Shown: positions 40,307 through 50,288, counted from the first letter of the stretch. The stretch is DNA of 64,000 nt from Candidatus Geohabitans tengchongensis (GCA_031459625.1 JAVKIH010000003.1:88669-152668); one strand, 5' to 3'. The notes: generated from the letters alone by a model not told the origin. Program-made: numbers and translations.

Positions 40307-42968
40307 GGCGGCCCTCGCGCCGTTCCAGTGCCCGGTCGAGGAGCTCCAGCAGGCGGCGGACGTCCAGCGGTTTGGTCAGGTACTCCTGCGCGCCCATGGC
40401 GCGCAGCCGCTCGATCTGGTGGGGGGTGGCGTCGGCGCTGATCACCACCACGGGGATCTCCCGGGTCTGGGGCTGAGCCTGCAGGCGGCGCAGGACCTCG
40501 TCCCCGGGCATGTCCGGCAGGTGCAGGTCGAGCAGCACCAGGTCGGGACGGTGCTCGCGGATGAGGTCGAGGCCCAGCCGCCCCTGGATCGCCGGCAGCA
40601 GCTCCACCTCGGGCCGATGGGCCAGGACGCGCTGGAGGAGTTTCAGGTTGGAGAGGTTGTCCTCGATGTAGACGATGCGGGCGCGCCGGGCGCCCGCGGG
40701 GCGGGCGGCTCCGACAGCAGACGGTTCCAGGGCTGGTTCCTCCGCCTCCGGCAGTTCCACCCAGAAGGTACTGCCCTGCCCCACCGTGCTCTCCACGCCC
40801 AGCGTCCCGCCCATCGCCTCCACCAGCCGGCGGGAGAGGGCCAGGCCGAGCCCCGTACCCTCGATGGCGGTCTGCTCCGCCCCGAGCCGCTCGAAGGGGA
40901 CGAAGAGGCGGGCCATCCGGTCGGGGGGGATCCCGGGGCCGGTGTCGGTGACCTTGAGGCGCAGCCGCGCCGGAGGGGCGGGCTCGACGGAGAGGGTGAC
41001 CAGGCCTCCGGCGCGGTTGTACTTCACGGCGTTGGCGAGCAGGTTGAGCAGGACCTGCTTGAGGCGTTGGCGGTCGGCGATGACGTGGCGGCGGGACGCC
41101 GTCACCGCCTCGGCCTCGACGCGCACGCCGTGCTCGGCGCACAGCGGGGCGATGAGCGCCAGCGCCTCTGCGGCGACCTCCCGCAGCGGCACCGGTTCCG
41201 GCGAGAGGGCCAGCCGCCCGGCCTCGATGCGGGCGATGTCCAGCACCTCGTTGATGAGGTCGAGCAGGTGGCGTCCGGCCTTCAGGATGTCGGCCACGCT
41301 CTCCCGCTGCTCCGGGGAGAGGTTGTCCATCTCCAGCAGCTGCGCGAACCCCAGGATGGCGTTGAGCGGGGTGCGCAGCTCGTGGCTCATGCGGGAGAGG
41401 AACTCGCTCTTGGCCTGGTTGGCCTGCTCGGCCACCCGCTGCCCCTCCTCAGCCACCCGGCGGGCCTCCTCGGCCCGGCGGCGCTCCTCCTCGGCCTGAC
41501 GGCGCGCGGTGATGTCGCGCACCACGCCGGTGAAGAGGCGCCGGCCTGCGGCCTGCGACTCGCTGAGGGAGATCTCCAGGACCACCTCGCGGCCGTCCCG
41601 GCGCAGGCCGGGCAGCTCGATGCCGCTCCACGCCAGCCGCCGCTCACCGGTCTGCACGTACCGGGCGAACCCGGCGCGGTGCGCCTCGCGCAGGCGCTCC
41701 GGCATGAGGTCGGTGAGGGGCCGGCCGACAAGCTCCTGAGGCGCGTAGCCGAAGATCTCCCCGGCGGCGGGGTTGGCGAAGAGGATGCGGTGCTCTTCGT
41801 CCACGGTCAGCAGGCCGTCGCGGATGGAGTCGGTGATCAGGCGCAGCTCCCGCTCGCGCTCGGCCAGGGCCGCCGCCGCCTGCATCGCCTCGGCCTGCCG
41901 CCGCTCCAGAGCGGCGGCCATCTCGTCGAAGGCGCGGGCGAGCTCGGCCAGCTTTCCGCGGCCCTGTGCGCCGGCGCGCGCGCTCAGGTCCCCGGCACTG
42001 AGCCGCCGGGCCGCCGCTACCAGCGCCCCCACACGGCGCACCACCAGGCGGTCACCGGCCACCCAGGCTGCCGCCAAGCCCAAGGCGGCTACCAGGATCA
42101 GCCCGGCCAGGTGCTGGAGCATAATGCGGGTCACGGCGGCGGTGGGTGTGGCCGGGCGACCGAGGAGCAGGTAGAGGCGGCCGGTGACGATCCCCGGCTG
42201 GGTGAAGGCATAGAGGTATGTGGTCCCGTCTGCAGCCGACACACGGACCGTCCCCTCGCCGCGCTCCACCAGGGCCCTCCGCAGCACCCCGTCGGGGAGG
42301 CGCTGGCCCACGCGCAGCCCGTCGGGAGGCCAGGAGGCCAGGACCACTCCAGCTCGATCGAGGACCGTGAGGGTGGTCTGTGCCGGCAGACCGACCGCGG
42401 CGATGGACCGGCCGAGTTGCCTCAGGGCCACCGCACCGAAGGCCACCCCCAGCACCTCGCCCGACGGGCCGAGCACCGGGGTACCGAAGTTGAGCGACGG
42501 CTGGCCCGTGATCCGTCCCACCTGGTACTCCCCGACGGCAAAGGCCCGGGTGGCCATGGCCGTCTGGAAGTAGAGGCGGTCGGCGATCCGCACGCCGGCA
42601 AAGCCGGGTAGCGCGCTGCAGAAGACCGACCCGTCGGCCCGGGCCACCCCCAGGTTCAGGTAGAGCGGCTGAGCCCGCAGCACGCCGGCGAGCACGCGCG
42701 AGCAGCCGGCACCGTCACCCTGCTGGACCTCGGGGAGGTTGGCCACCACCAGCAGTAAGTTCCGCACGCCCTCCAGGAGCTGTTCCTGGTGGGCTGTGGC
42801 CAGGCGCATGAGGTGGAGAGTCTCCTGCTCGGCGGCGGCGACCGTGAGGCGGCGCTGCTCCAGGTCGGCGTAGAGGGCCAGCACCAGCGCAGGCACGACC
42901 GCCAGGAGCACGAGGAGGAAGAGAGTCAGGCGGAGAGTGAGAAACCGATTTCGCAACCGCTGGGGCAT
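40287..42968 (-). CDS. hybrid sensor histidine kinase (Cache-HAMP-PAS-HisKA-HATPase-REC)
   Basis: FLSRMSHELRTPLN, NLLANAVKYN, DTGPGI, GTGLGL, C-terminal IEDN...DLHLPD. Confidence 0.93.
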   Translation of the reverse strand: MPQRLRNRFLTLRLTLFLLVLLAVVPALVLALYADLEQRRLTVAAAEQETLHLMRLATAHQEQLLEGVRNLLLVVANLPEVQQGDGAGCSRVLAGVLRAQPLYLNLGVARADGSVFCSALPGFAGVRIADRLYFQTAMATRAFAVGEYQVGRITGQPSLNFGTPVLGPSGEVLGVAFGAVALRQLGRSIAAVGLPAQTTLTVLDRAGVVLASWPPDGLRVGQRLPDGVLRRALVERGEGTVRVSAADGTTYLYAFTQPGIVTGRLYLLLGRPATPTAAVTRIMLQHLAGLILVAALGLAAAWVAGDRLVVRRVGALVAAARRLSAGDLSARAGAQGRGKLAELARAFDEMAAALERRQAEAMQAAAALAERERELRLITDSIRDGLLTVDEEHRILFANPAAGEIFGYAPQELVGRPLTDLMPERLREAHRAGFARYVQTGERRLAWSGIELPGLRRDGREVVLEISLSESQAAGRRLFTGVVRDITARRQAEEERRRAEEARRVAEEGQRVAEQANQAKSEFLSRMSHELRTPLNAILGFAQLLEMDNLSPEQRESVADILKAGRHLLDLINEVLDIARIEAGRLALSPEPVPLREVAAEALALIAPLCAEHGVRVEAEAVTASRRHVIADRQRLKQVLLNLLANAVKYNRAGGLVTLSVEPAPPARLRLKVTDTGPGIPPDRMARLFVPFERLGAEQTAIEGTGLGLALSRRLVEAMGGTLGVESTVGQGSTFWVELPEAEEPALEPSAVGAARPAGARRARIVYIEDNLSNLKLLQRVLAHRPEVELLPAIQGRLGLDLIREHRPDLVLLDLHLPDMPGDEVLRRLQAQPQTREIPVVVISADATPHQIERLRAMGAQEYLTKPLDVRRLLELLDRALERREGRHVGLPS

Positions 42969-43346
42969 AGATACGGGTCTCCCCGGCCGGGAGGCGAAGA
43001 CCCGCCACGGTCATCCCGCCCGGTCGTTCGACGCTCCGGGCCTGTTGGGTCGACTCCTCCTGGGACTATGCCCAGCGGTTCTCCCCTGTAGGCTTCTGTG
43101 GGGCTAGACAAACGCACGGGCCATCCCCTGCCCGGGGGGTGGCCGAAGCCATCCCGTCATGCTGTTCCGTGCGATGTTCGTCGTTCATCCGACCTACGTC
43201 GGATGAACTTTGCCCGGACCCAGTTTTGTTCGGTATCGCCAGCCCGGCGCGGTCAGATCAGGTACCCGGCCGGCTCAGTCCCCGGATGGCTCGCTGGTGC
43301 TCTTCACATCCGGTGCTGGAATCAGGCAGGACAGCGGGTTTCGAGG

Positions 43347-43423
43347 TGGTCGGGCCGCCGGGATTTGAACCCGGGACCTCTTGAACCCCATTCAAGCGCG
43401 CTACCAGGCTGCGCCACGGCCCG
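43347..43423 (-). tRNA. tRNA-Pro(GGG)
   Basis: CTTGA-ATGGGGT-TCAAG anticodon arm, GGTTCAAATCC, CCA. Confidence 0.95.
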
Positions 43424-43464
43424 ACGCCGTGCGGACACACCCAGTCTAGCACGGCCGTCCTCGG

Positions 43465-44505
43465 CTAGCACACCGGGCGGTGGGCCTCGCCGCGCAGCAG
43501 CGGCAAGAGCGCCTCCCGCAGGGCCCGGCGCGTCTGTGCCCACGTCGGCAGCGCCGCCCCCCGGGCGGCCGCCTCGTGTGAGAGCCGCGCGCGCAGGTCG
43601 GAGTCGCGGGTCACCCGCTCCAGCGCCGCCGTGAGCGCGGTCACGTCGTCCGGGGGGACCAGGATCCCGCCGCGCCCCTGGCCGACCAGGTCGCGCAGCC
43701 CCGGGACGTCGCAGCCCACCACCGGCAGGCCGAAGGCGAGCGCCTCCGCCACCGCGACACCGTAGGACTCGTAGGCCGAGGGCAACACGAAGACGTCCGC
43801 GGCTGCGTAGCGGCGGGCCAGGTCGCTCCCGGCGAGAGGGCCGTGGACGTGAACGCGCCGCGCCACGCCCAGCGCCACGATGGCCGCACGGAGGCGCGCG
43901 GCGTAGTCCGGGTCGAGCACGGCCCCGACGAGGTCCAGCGTCACGACGTTCGGGAGGCGGGCCAGCGCCTCGAGCAGGAGGTGGATGCGCTTCACCGGGG
44001 ACCAGTTGGCCACGCACAGCAGCCGCAGGGGACCGCGGCGCTCACGTCGGGGCGCAGCGGCGTGCACGCCGGGAGCGTCCTTCCCCGGGGGGATCACCCT
44101 GAGGCGGTCGGGTGAGGCGACCAGGTCGAGCAGTGCGCGGCCCTCGCTGGCGCCGACGGCGATGACCAGGTCGGCCCTGGGCAGCACAGCCGCCTCGGCG
44201 CGGCGCCACAGCGCCGCGCGCTCGGGGTCGGCGGCGCTGGGCTGGAAGAGCATCAGGGCCACCACCCGCGCCGGCGGCTCTGTGGCGTCGCCCCTCCTCG
44301 CCGCCACCCACGCCGCCGCACGGTCCAGCACCAGGCTGTCCACCAGGAGCATCCGCGGCAGGGCACCGGCCGGGGGCGCCGCCGTCAACCGCACCGGGAC
44401 GCCCGCCTCCTCCAACGCCTGGATCAGGTGACGCAGGTACAGGTTGCCGCCGGTGGTGGTGCTCAGGTCCGCGGAGGTCCAGAGGGCGACCGCGTCATCC
44501 TTCAT
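43465..44505 (-). CDS. GT4 family glycosyltransferase
   Basis: TGGNLY N-terminus, ADVFVLPSAYESYGVAVAEALAFGLPVV. Confidence 0.88.
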   Translation of the reverse strand: MKDDAVALWTSADLSTTTGGNLYLRHLIQALEEAGVPVRLTAAPPAGALPRMLLVDSLVLDRAAAWVAARRGDATEPPARVVALMLFQPSAADPERAALWRRAEAAVLPRADLVIAVGASEGRALLDLVASPDRLRVIPPGKDAPGVHAAAPRRERRGPLRLLCVANWSPVKRIHLLLEALARLPNVVTLDLVGAVLDPDYAARLRAAIVALGVARRVHVHGPLAGSDLARRYAAADVFVLPSAYESYGVAVAEALAFGLPVVGCDVPGLRDLVGQGRGGILVPPDDVTALTAALERVTRDSDLRARLSHEAAARGAALPTWAQTRRALREALLPLLRGEAHRPVC

Positions 44506-44544
44506 TCGACCGGACCGCGTCGTCCGCCACCCGAGCGGATCGCG

Positions 44545-44937
44545 TCACCCCTCATTGGAGCGGATCGCCGCCTCGTAGGCGGCAAAGACGTCCGGAGACT
44601 CCCACACCGTCACCCGCAGCCGGTCCACACCGCGCACGCTGGCCAGTCCGGCCTGGAGGACGGCAAAGATGCGCCGGGCCACCACCTCGGCCGTGGTGTT
44701 CTGGCCCTGGAAGGCGGCGACCTCGTCGAGGTCCCGGTAGTGGAACTCCCCCACGGCAGCGTTCAGGAGCCCGCGCAGGGTGCCGACGTCGATGAGGGTC
44801 CCGCCCTCGCTCAGCGCCGGCCCGCGCACGACCGCCTCGACCACGTAGGTGTGCCCGTGCAGCCGCGTGGCCGGGCCGAAGTCACCGCGCAGCCGGTGGG
44901 CGGCCTCGAACCGGGCGCGCACCCCCACCTCGAACAT
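44545..44937 (-). CDS. 6-pyruvoyl-tetrahydropterin synthase family (PTPS-IV-like)
   Basis: AAHRLRGDFGPATRLHGHTY, NTTAE, VWES. Confidence 0.85.
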   Translation of the reverse strand: MFEVGVRARFEAAHRLRGDFGPATRLHGHTYVVEAVVRGPALSEGGTLIDVGTLRGLLNAAVGEFHYRDLDEVAAFQGQNTTAEVVARRIFAVLQAGLASVRGVDRLRVTVWESPDVFAAYEAAIRSNEG

Positions 44938-44950
44938 CACCGTGCACCCC

Positions 44951-46018
44951 TCATCCGCCGTTGCCCGTCGCCGGCCCGTCGGCGCCGGTCGCCCCTCCAT
45001 CGTAGGTGAGGACGACCTGGACCGTCTCCTCCGGATGCCGGTCCACCAGGGCGTAGGCCTCCGCCGCCCGGTCGAACGGGATGCGGTGCGTGATGAGCGG
45101 GGCGAGGCGCAGGTCGCCTTCGCCCAAGAGCGCGCGCGCCACCTGCAGGCGGCGGGCGCGATCCCACCGCGCCGAGACCTCCGCAGGCAGGTGCCCGACC
45201 TGGGAGGCGACGAGCCGCAGCCGCCGCCGGTGGAACGCCCCGCCCAGGTCGAGGGTCACCGGCTTCTGCCCGTACCAGCTCAGCACCACCACCCGTCCCT
45301 CGAGACCGGCCAGCTCCAGCGCGCTCTGCAGCGCGGCCGGGGCGCCGCTCGCCTCCACCACCAGGTCGGCCCCGCGTCCGCCGGTCAGCGTCCGGACCAC
45401 AGCCGCCACGTCGTTCTGGGCCGGGTTGAGGACGGTGGGGATGCCCACGGTGCGGCTCACCGCGCGGCGCCGCGCCAGCGGCTCGACCGCCACCACCGCC
45501 ACGCCCGGGATCCGCCGGAGGAGTTGGGCGACCAGCAGGCCGACCGTCCCCTGCCCCAGGACGACCGCGCACTCCCCGACGCGCGGAGTCGCGTCGAGCA
45601 TGGCGGTGAGCGCCGTCTCCAGGTTGGCCAGCAGCACCGCCTGCTCCGGGGGACAGCCCGGCGGCAGCGGGACGGCCTGTCCGGCGGGCAGGGTGAACGC
45701 GGTCTGGTGCGGGTGGTGAGCGAAGACCAGGTCGCCGGGCCCGAGCCCGGTCACTCCCGGGCCGGTGACGGCGACGCGCCCCACGCAGGCGTAGCCGTAC
45801 TTGATCGGGAAGGCGAACCCGCCGCGCAGGGCCGGCAGGTCGAGCGGCAGGCGCGGGTCGACCTCGCCGCGGTAGACGAGCATCTCGGTGCCGTGGCTGA
45901 CGGCCGAGCAGACGGTCTGGACGAGGACCTCGCCCGCGCCGGGGGGCGGGAGGTCTTCCTCGCGGATCTCGACGGCACGCGGCTCGCGGAACCAGACCGC
46001 CCGGGCCCGCATAGGCAT
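44951..46018 (-). CDS. MDR-family (zinc-binding type) dehydrogenase
   Basis: SAVSHGTE, FPIKYGY, HPHQ, ANLETAL, GQGTVG, SWYG. Confidence 0.85.
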   Translation of the reverse strand: MPMRARAVWFREPRAVEIREEDLPPPGAGEVLVQTVCSAVSHGTEMLVYRGEVDPRLPLDLPALRGGFAFPIKYGYACVGRVAVTGPGVTGLGPGDLVFAHHPHQTAFTLPAGQAVPLPPGCPPEQAVLLANLETALTAMLDATPRVGECAVVLGQGTVGLLVAQLLRRIPGVAVVAVEPLARRRAVSRTVGIPTVLNPAQNDVAAVVRTLTGGRGADLVVEASGAPAALQSALELAGLEGRVVVLSWYGQKPVTLDLGGAFHRRRLRLVASQVGHLPAEVSARWDRARRLQVARALLGEGDLRLAPLITHRIPFDRAAEAYALVDRHPEETVQVVLTYDGGATGADGPATGNGG

Positions 46019-46116
46019 GGAGTTGTGCGGGGGCGGGCCTGCTCCTGCCAGGGCCCGGGCCGCTGCGCTCCTGCCTCAGGGCTCGGGCGCTGCGGTGGCG
46101 GAGGCAGGCGCGAGCG

Positions 46117-46554
46117 CTAGCGGCGACCCTCGGGGCGGACCGGCGGCGTCAGCTCCTGCTGCAGCTCGGTCATGCGCAGCACATCCTCGACGCGCGCCCG
46201 CAGCAGCCGCAGCTCCTGGTCGACCGTGTCCAGGCGCGTCCGGAGGTCCGTGGTCAACCCGCGGTCGCGGTCGTACACCTCCGCCTTCACCGCGGCGAGC
46301 TCCCGGTCGCGGTCGGCCACCAGGCGCTGGAGCCGCGCGCGCTCTGCCTGGTAGCTCAGCATGTCGAAGAGCCCGCCGAGCAGCATCAGCACCCATCCCC
46401 CCGCCGCCACGAGCAGCAGGTCGCGCAGGCGCACGCTCAGCGCCGTCCCCGCCAGGGTCAGCGTCACCGCCTGCTGCAGCACCGCCGGGTTCTGCAGCAT
46501 GACCACGGCGAGCCCGGCGGCCAGCACGAGCAGGAAGACCAGTTGCCAGACCAT
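46117..46554 (-). CDS. LapA-like membrane protein with coiled coil
   Basis: TM-QN-TM followed by heptad repeats. Confidence 0.65.
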   Translation of the reverse strand: MVWQLVFLLVLAAGLAVVMLQNPAVLQQAVTLTLAGTALSVRLRDLLLVAAGGWVLMLLGGLFDMLSYQAERARLQRLVADRDRELAAVKAEVYDRDRGLTTDLRTRLDTVDQELRLLRARVEDVLRMTELQQELTPPVRPEGRR

Positions 46555-46605
46555 GACCCTCACATCCTCTCCCGACACCACACCGGCTGCAGGGTGTCGT
46601 CCCTC

Positions 46606-48057
46606 TCATTTTCCCCCGCCCGGGGCCGACAGCGCGCCCGTCCGGCGCGGAGCGGGATCGGACGCCGGGCCCGGGGCGGCCAGGAGCGTCCGGAGCCGGA
46701 AGATGCGGAACGTGCGCAGCGGGCGCCCGTGGAAGTGGACCACCTCGGGTGGGGCCTCCTCCACGTGCCCGGCGTGGCGCTCCCAGGCCACGTGCGGCGT
46801 CCAGCGGGCGTCCACCACCGCCACCGCGTCGCGCCCGGCCAGCGCGGCCGGCGGCGTCCAGATGGAGGCCGGGTTGGGTTCGGGCAGGAGCGTGACCGGC
46901 ACCTGCCACCGCGTGTAGTAGGCCAGCTGGGCGGCCACCTGGTAGCGGTCGGCGGCGATGACGGCCCCCGGCGGGAGGGCGGCCAGCTCGGCCTGCACCC
47001 TCGCCGCCGCCTGGGGCCAGCCGTACAGGTCCTCCGCCCCGGGCAGCGGCGGCAGGGCGGGCACGACGGCCACCGCGAAGCCGTAGGCAAGGATCGCCCC
47101 GCTGAGCGCCGCGAGCGCGGCCGTCGTCCGGGTCCACAGCGCCCCCAGCACCACCGCCAGCCCCAGGTAGGCCGGCCCCAGCCAGTTGCCGTGGGGCGCC
47201 CCGCTCACCCAGGCGGCGGCCGCCGGCATCGCCACCGCCGGCAGCGCCGTCCAGAAGAGGAAGGCGAAGCGCGCGTCCCGCCGCCGGCGCCAGGCCGCCG
47301 CCAGCGCCCAGGCAAACGCCGGGACGAGCAGCAGGGCGAAGGCGAACTGCTGCGTGAGCAACTGGACGACGCCGAGCCACCCCGTCGCCGTGCCCGGGAC
47401 GCGCTCGAAGAGGACGAACCGCACTGCGGCCCACCGGTGGGTCAGGTTCCACCAGAGCACGGGCAGAGCGCCCGCGGCCGCAACGGCCGCGCCCAGCCAG
47501 GGTCCCGGGCCCCGCACCACCCGCCACCGGCCCGCCGCCACCACCACCGCGCCCAGCGGCAGCAGGACGATGGCGAACTTGCTGAGGACGCCCAGCCCTG
47601 TCGCCAGGCCCGCGGCCAGCCACGCTCCGACGGGCGCCGGGGCCGGTCCGCCGAAGATCCGCCATAGCGCCCGCATGGCCACCACCCAGGCCAGGAAGAG
47701 TGGCGCGTCGGGCGTGGCCAGGAGCCCCGCCCCGGCCAGCACCGGGGTGAGCTGGAAGAGCAGCGCGGCGAACACCCCGGCGCGCGGGCCGAAGAGGTCC
47801 CGCCCCAGCAGGAAGAGCGCGTACGTGGTGAGGAACCCCAGGACCAGCGCCGGGAGGCGGACCCACACCGGCCCGTCGGCCAGGGCCGTCCCCGCGGCGA
47901 TGAGGTAGGCGATCATGGGCGGGTGGTCGAGGTAGCTCCAGTCGAGCCGCTGGGCCCACAGCCAGTAGTAGGCTTCGTCGTCGATGAGCGGCACCGTCCC
48001 GGCGGCGACCAGGCGCAGGGCCGCCAGGACGCCCACGGCCAGCAGGGCGGCCCGCAT
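46606..48057 (-). CDS. GT-C fold glycosyltransferase (GT39/ArnT-like)
   Basis: DEAYYW, YLDHPP, TPDAP, many TM helices; coupled to der. Confidence 0.88.
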   Translation of the reverse strand: MRAALLAVGVLAALRLVAAGTVPLIDDEAYYWLWAQRLDWSYLDHPPMIAYLIAAGTALADGPVWVRLPALVLGFLTTYALFLLGRDLFGPRAGVFAALLFQLTPVLAGAGLLATPDAPLFLAWVVAMRALWRIFGGPAPAPVGAWLAAGLATGLGVLSKFAIVLLPLGAVVVAAGRWRVVRGPGPWLGAAVAAAGALPVLWWNLTHRWAAVRFVLFERVPGTATGWLGVVQLLTQQFAFALLLVPAFAWALAAAWRRRRDARFAFLFWTALPAVAMPAAAAWVSGAPHGNWLGPAYLGLAVVLGALWTRTTAALAALSGAILAYGFAVAVVPALPPLPGAEDLYGWPQAAARVQAELAALPPGAVIAADRYQVAAQLAYYTRWQVPVTLLPEPNPASIWTPPAALAGRDAVAVVDARWTPHVAWERHAGHVEEAPPEVVHFHGRPLRTFRIFRLRTLLAAPGPASDPAPRRTGALSAPGGGK

Positions 48058-49403
48058 CAGGCCGGGGCGGGCTTGCGGGTGCGGGCGCGCAGCTCGAAGC
48101 GGATGGGCGCTCCCGGGAAGGGGAAGCTGTCCCGCACGGCACGCTCGAGGTACTGCAGGTAGCTCTCGGGGAGGAGCGTCGGGTCGTTCACGAAGAGGAC
48201 GACCGTGGGCGGCCTGGCGTGGGGCTGCGTGGCATAGAGGATCTTGGCGCGCCGCCCGCGGTGGTCGGCCGGCGGCGGGGCGGCGGCCTCGGCCGCTTCG
48301 ATCACCCGGTTGAGCGGCCCCGTGGGGACGCGCGTGGCGTAGGCCTCGGCGACGCGCCCGAGGGCCTCCAGGAGGGCGTCCAGGCCCGTGCGGGCGGTGG
48401 CGGAGACCGGCACCTGCGGCGCATAGGCGACGAAGCGCAGGGCGTGCGCCGCCGCGCACCGCACCTCCGCGGCGCGCTCCCGGTTGCCGGCGACCAGGTC
48501 CCACTTGTTCAGCACCACCACGAGGCCGCGCTCCGATGCGGCGATCTGTCGGGCGATGCGCTGGTCCTGGTCGGTCACCCCCTCGGCCGCATCCACCACC
48601 AGCACGGCCACGTCCGCCCGCTCGAGCGCCCGGCGGGTGCGGCTGACGCTGTACCGCTCCACCGGCGCCCCCACCCGGGCCGGGCGGCGCAGCCCGGCCG
48701 TGTCGACGAGGACGTACGGCGCGCCCCCGATCTGCACGACAGTGTCCACCGCGTCGCGCGTCGTGCCGGGCTCGGGAGCCACCACGACGCGCTCCTCCCC
48801 CAGCACCGCGTTCACCAGGGAGGACTTGCCGACGTTGGGCCGTCCCACGACGGCCACGCGGGTGGGGGCTGCCGCCTCCTCGGCCTCGTCGGTCGGCGGC
48901 AGCAGCGCCACCACCTCGTCGAGGAGGTCCCCGGCCCCGCGCCCGTGCAGCGCCGAGACGGGCAGTGGCGCGCCCAGCCCGAGCGCATGGAACTCGTGGA
49001 CCGCCGCCTCCTGCTCCGGGCCGTCAACCTTGTTGGCCACGAGCAGCACCGGCTTGCGGGCCTGGCGCAGGAGGTGCGCCACCTCGGCGTCCTCCGGGAG
49101 CAATCCGCTCTGCGCGTCCACGACGAAGAGGAGCACGGCCGCCTCCTCGACCGCCCGCAGCGTCTGCTCCCGCACCGCCCGCGCGACGGCGTCGACGGCG
49201 CCCCGCTCCTCGCCGGCGCGCAACCCCCCGGTGTCCACGAGGAGGAAGGAGCGGCCGCTCCACTCCACGGGGGCGTAGAGCCGGTCGCGGGTGAGTCCCG
49301 GCGTCTCCTCGACGATGGCCTGGCGGCGGCCGATCAGGCGGTTGAAGAGCGCGGACTTGCCCACGTTGGGCCGCCCGACGATGGCCACGACGGGGCGCGC
49401 CAC
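48057..49403 (-). CDS. der: ribosome biogenesis GTPase Der
   Basis: Two GRPNVGKS G-domains, DTGG/DTAG, NKVD/NKWD, KH-like C-terminus. Confidence 0.96.
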   Translation of the reverse strand: MARPVVAIVGRPNVGKSALFNRLIGRRQAIVEETPGLTRDRLYAPVEWSGRSFLLVDTGGLRAGEERGAVDAVARAVREQTLRAVEEAAVLLFVVDAQSGLLPEDAEVAHLLRQARKPVLLVANKVDGPEQEAAVHEFHALGLGAPLPVSALHGRGAGDLLDEVVALLPPTDEAEEAAAPTRVAVVGRPNVGKSSLVNAVLGEERVVVAPEPGTTRDAVDTVVQIGGAPYVLVDTAGLRRPARVGAPVERYSVSRTRRALERADVAVLVVDAAEGVTDQDQRIARQIAASERGLVVVLNKWDLVAGNRERAAEVRCAAAHALRFVAYAPQVPVSATARTGLDALLEALGRVAEAYATRVPTGPLNRVIEAAEAAAPPPADHRGRRAKILYATQPHARPPTVVLFVNDPTLLPESYLQYLERAVRDSFPFPGAPIRFELRARTRKPAPA

Positions 49404-49415
49404 GGCGACTCCGGG

Positions 49416-50288
49416 TCAGGTGGCGGAGGGAGCGGGTGATGGGGGCGCGCCCCGGCTGATCTCCTCGAGGCGGTGGAGGACCTGCGCGATGATCCAGTCC
49501 GGGGTGGAGGCCCCCGACATCACGGCCACCTTCTCCACCCCCTGGAACCACGCGGGGTCGAGCTCGTCGGGGACCTCGATGTGGTAGGTGGGCAGCCCGC
49601 GGGCGCGGCCGATCTCCGCCAGGCGCGTGGTGTTGCTGCTGCCGTGGCCGCCCACGACGACCAGGGCCTGGACCTCCTCCACCAGCCGCTCGGCCTCCTC
49701 CTGGCGCACCGTGATGGCCGGACAGAGGGTGTTGAGGACCTTCAGCTCCTTCACCCGCACTGCCAGGTCGGCCACGATCTGCTTGAAGTTCTCCAGCGAC
49801 TGCGTCGTCTGGGAGAGCACCCCCACCCGCCCGCGCACCTTCACCTGTCGGGCTTCCTCCAGCGTGTGGACGATGGTGACGCGGTCCCCCAGGACCTCCT
49901 TGAGCGTGACCATCTCCGGGTGGCCGTGGTCGCCCACGACGATGAGGGTGTAGCCCTCCTCGGCCAGCTTGAAGGCCAGCTCGTGGGCCCGGATGACCAC
50001 CGGGCAGGTGGCGTCCACGATGCGCATCCCGCGGGCGCGGGCCTGGTCGAGGACGGCGTGCTCCACCCCGTAGGCGGAGACGACGAAGGCCTCGCCGTCC
50101 AGTTCGTCCAGGTGCTCGGCCACACGCACGCCGGCTTCCTCGAGGCGGCCCACCACCTGCGGGTTGTGGATGAGGGGACCCCAGGTGAAGACGGGGCCGG
50201 CGCTCTGCTCGGCGGTCGAGCGGGCCATCTCCACGGCCCGCCGGACCCCGCCGCAGAAGCCCATGTGTCTGGCGACGATGATCTCCAC
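49416..50288 (-). CDS. ispH: 4-hydroxy-3-methylbut-2-enyl diphosphate reductase
   Basis: GFCGGVRRA, LIHN, DATCP, HPE, TLC, SSNT, GASTP. Confidence 0.95.
   Translation of the reverse strand: MEIIVARHMGFCGGVRRAVEMARSTAEQSAGPVFTWGPLIHNPQVVGRLEEAGVRVAEHLDELDGEAFVVSAYGVEHAVLDQARARGMRIVDATCPVVIRAHELAFKLAEEGYTLIVVGDHGHPEMVTLKEVLGDRVTIVHTLEEARQVKVRGRVGVLSQTTQSLENFKQIVADLAVRVKELKVLNTLCPAITVRQEEAERLVEEVQALVVVGGHGSSNTTRLAEIGRARGLPTYHIEVPDELDPAWFQGVEKVAVMSGASTPDWIIAQVLHRLEEISRGAPPSPAPSAT

Noticed and set aside
35449..43109. Shared GTCTAGCCC upstream of both Cache-sensor genes
   Set aside because: Only 9 bp, at different distances from the starts; could be chance.
27846..43346. Intact prophage or integrative element
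   Set aside because: No integrase, transposase, structural phage genes or visible att repeat.
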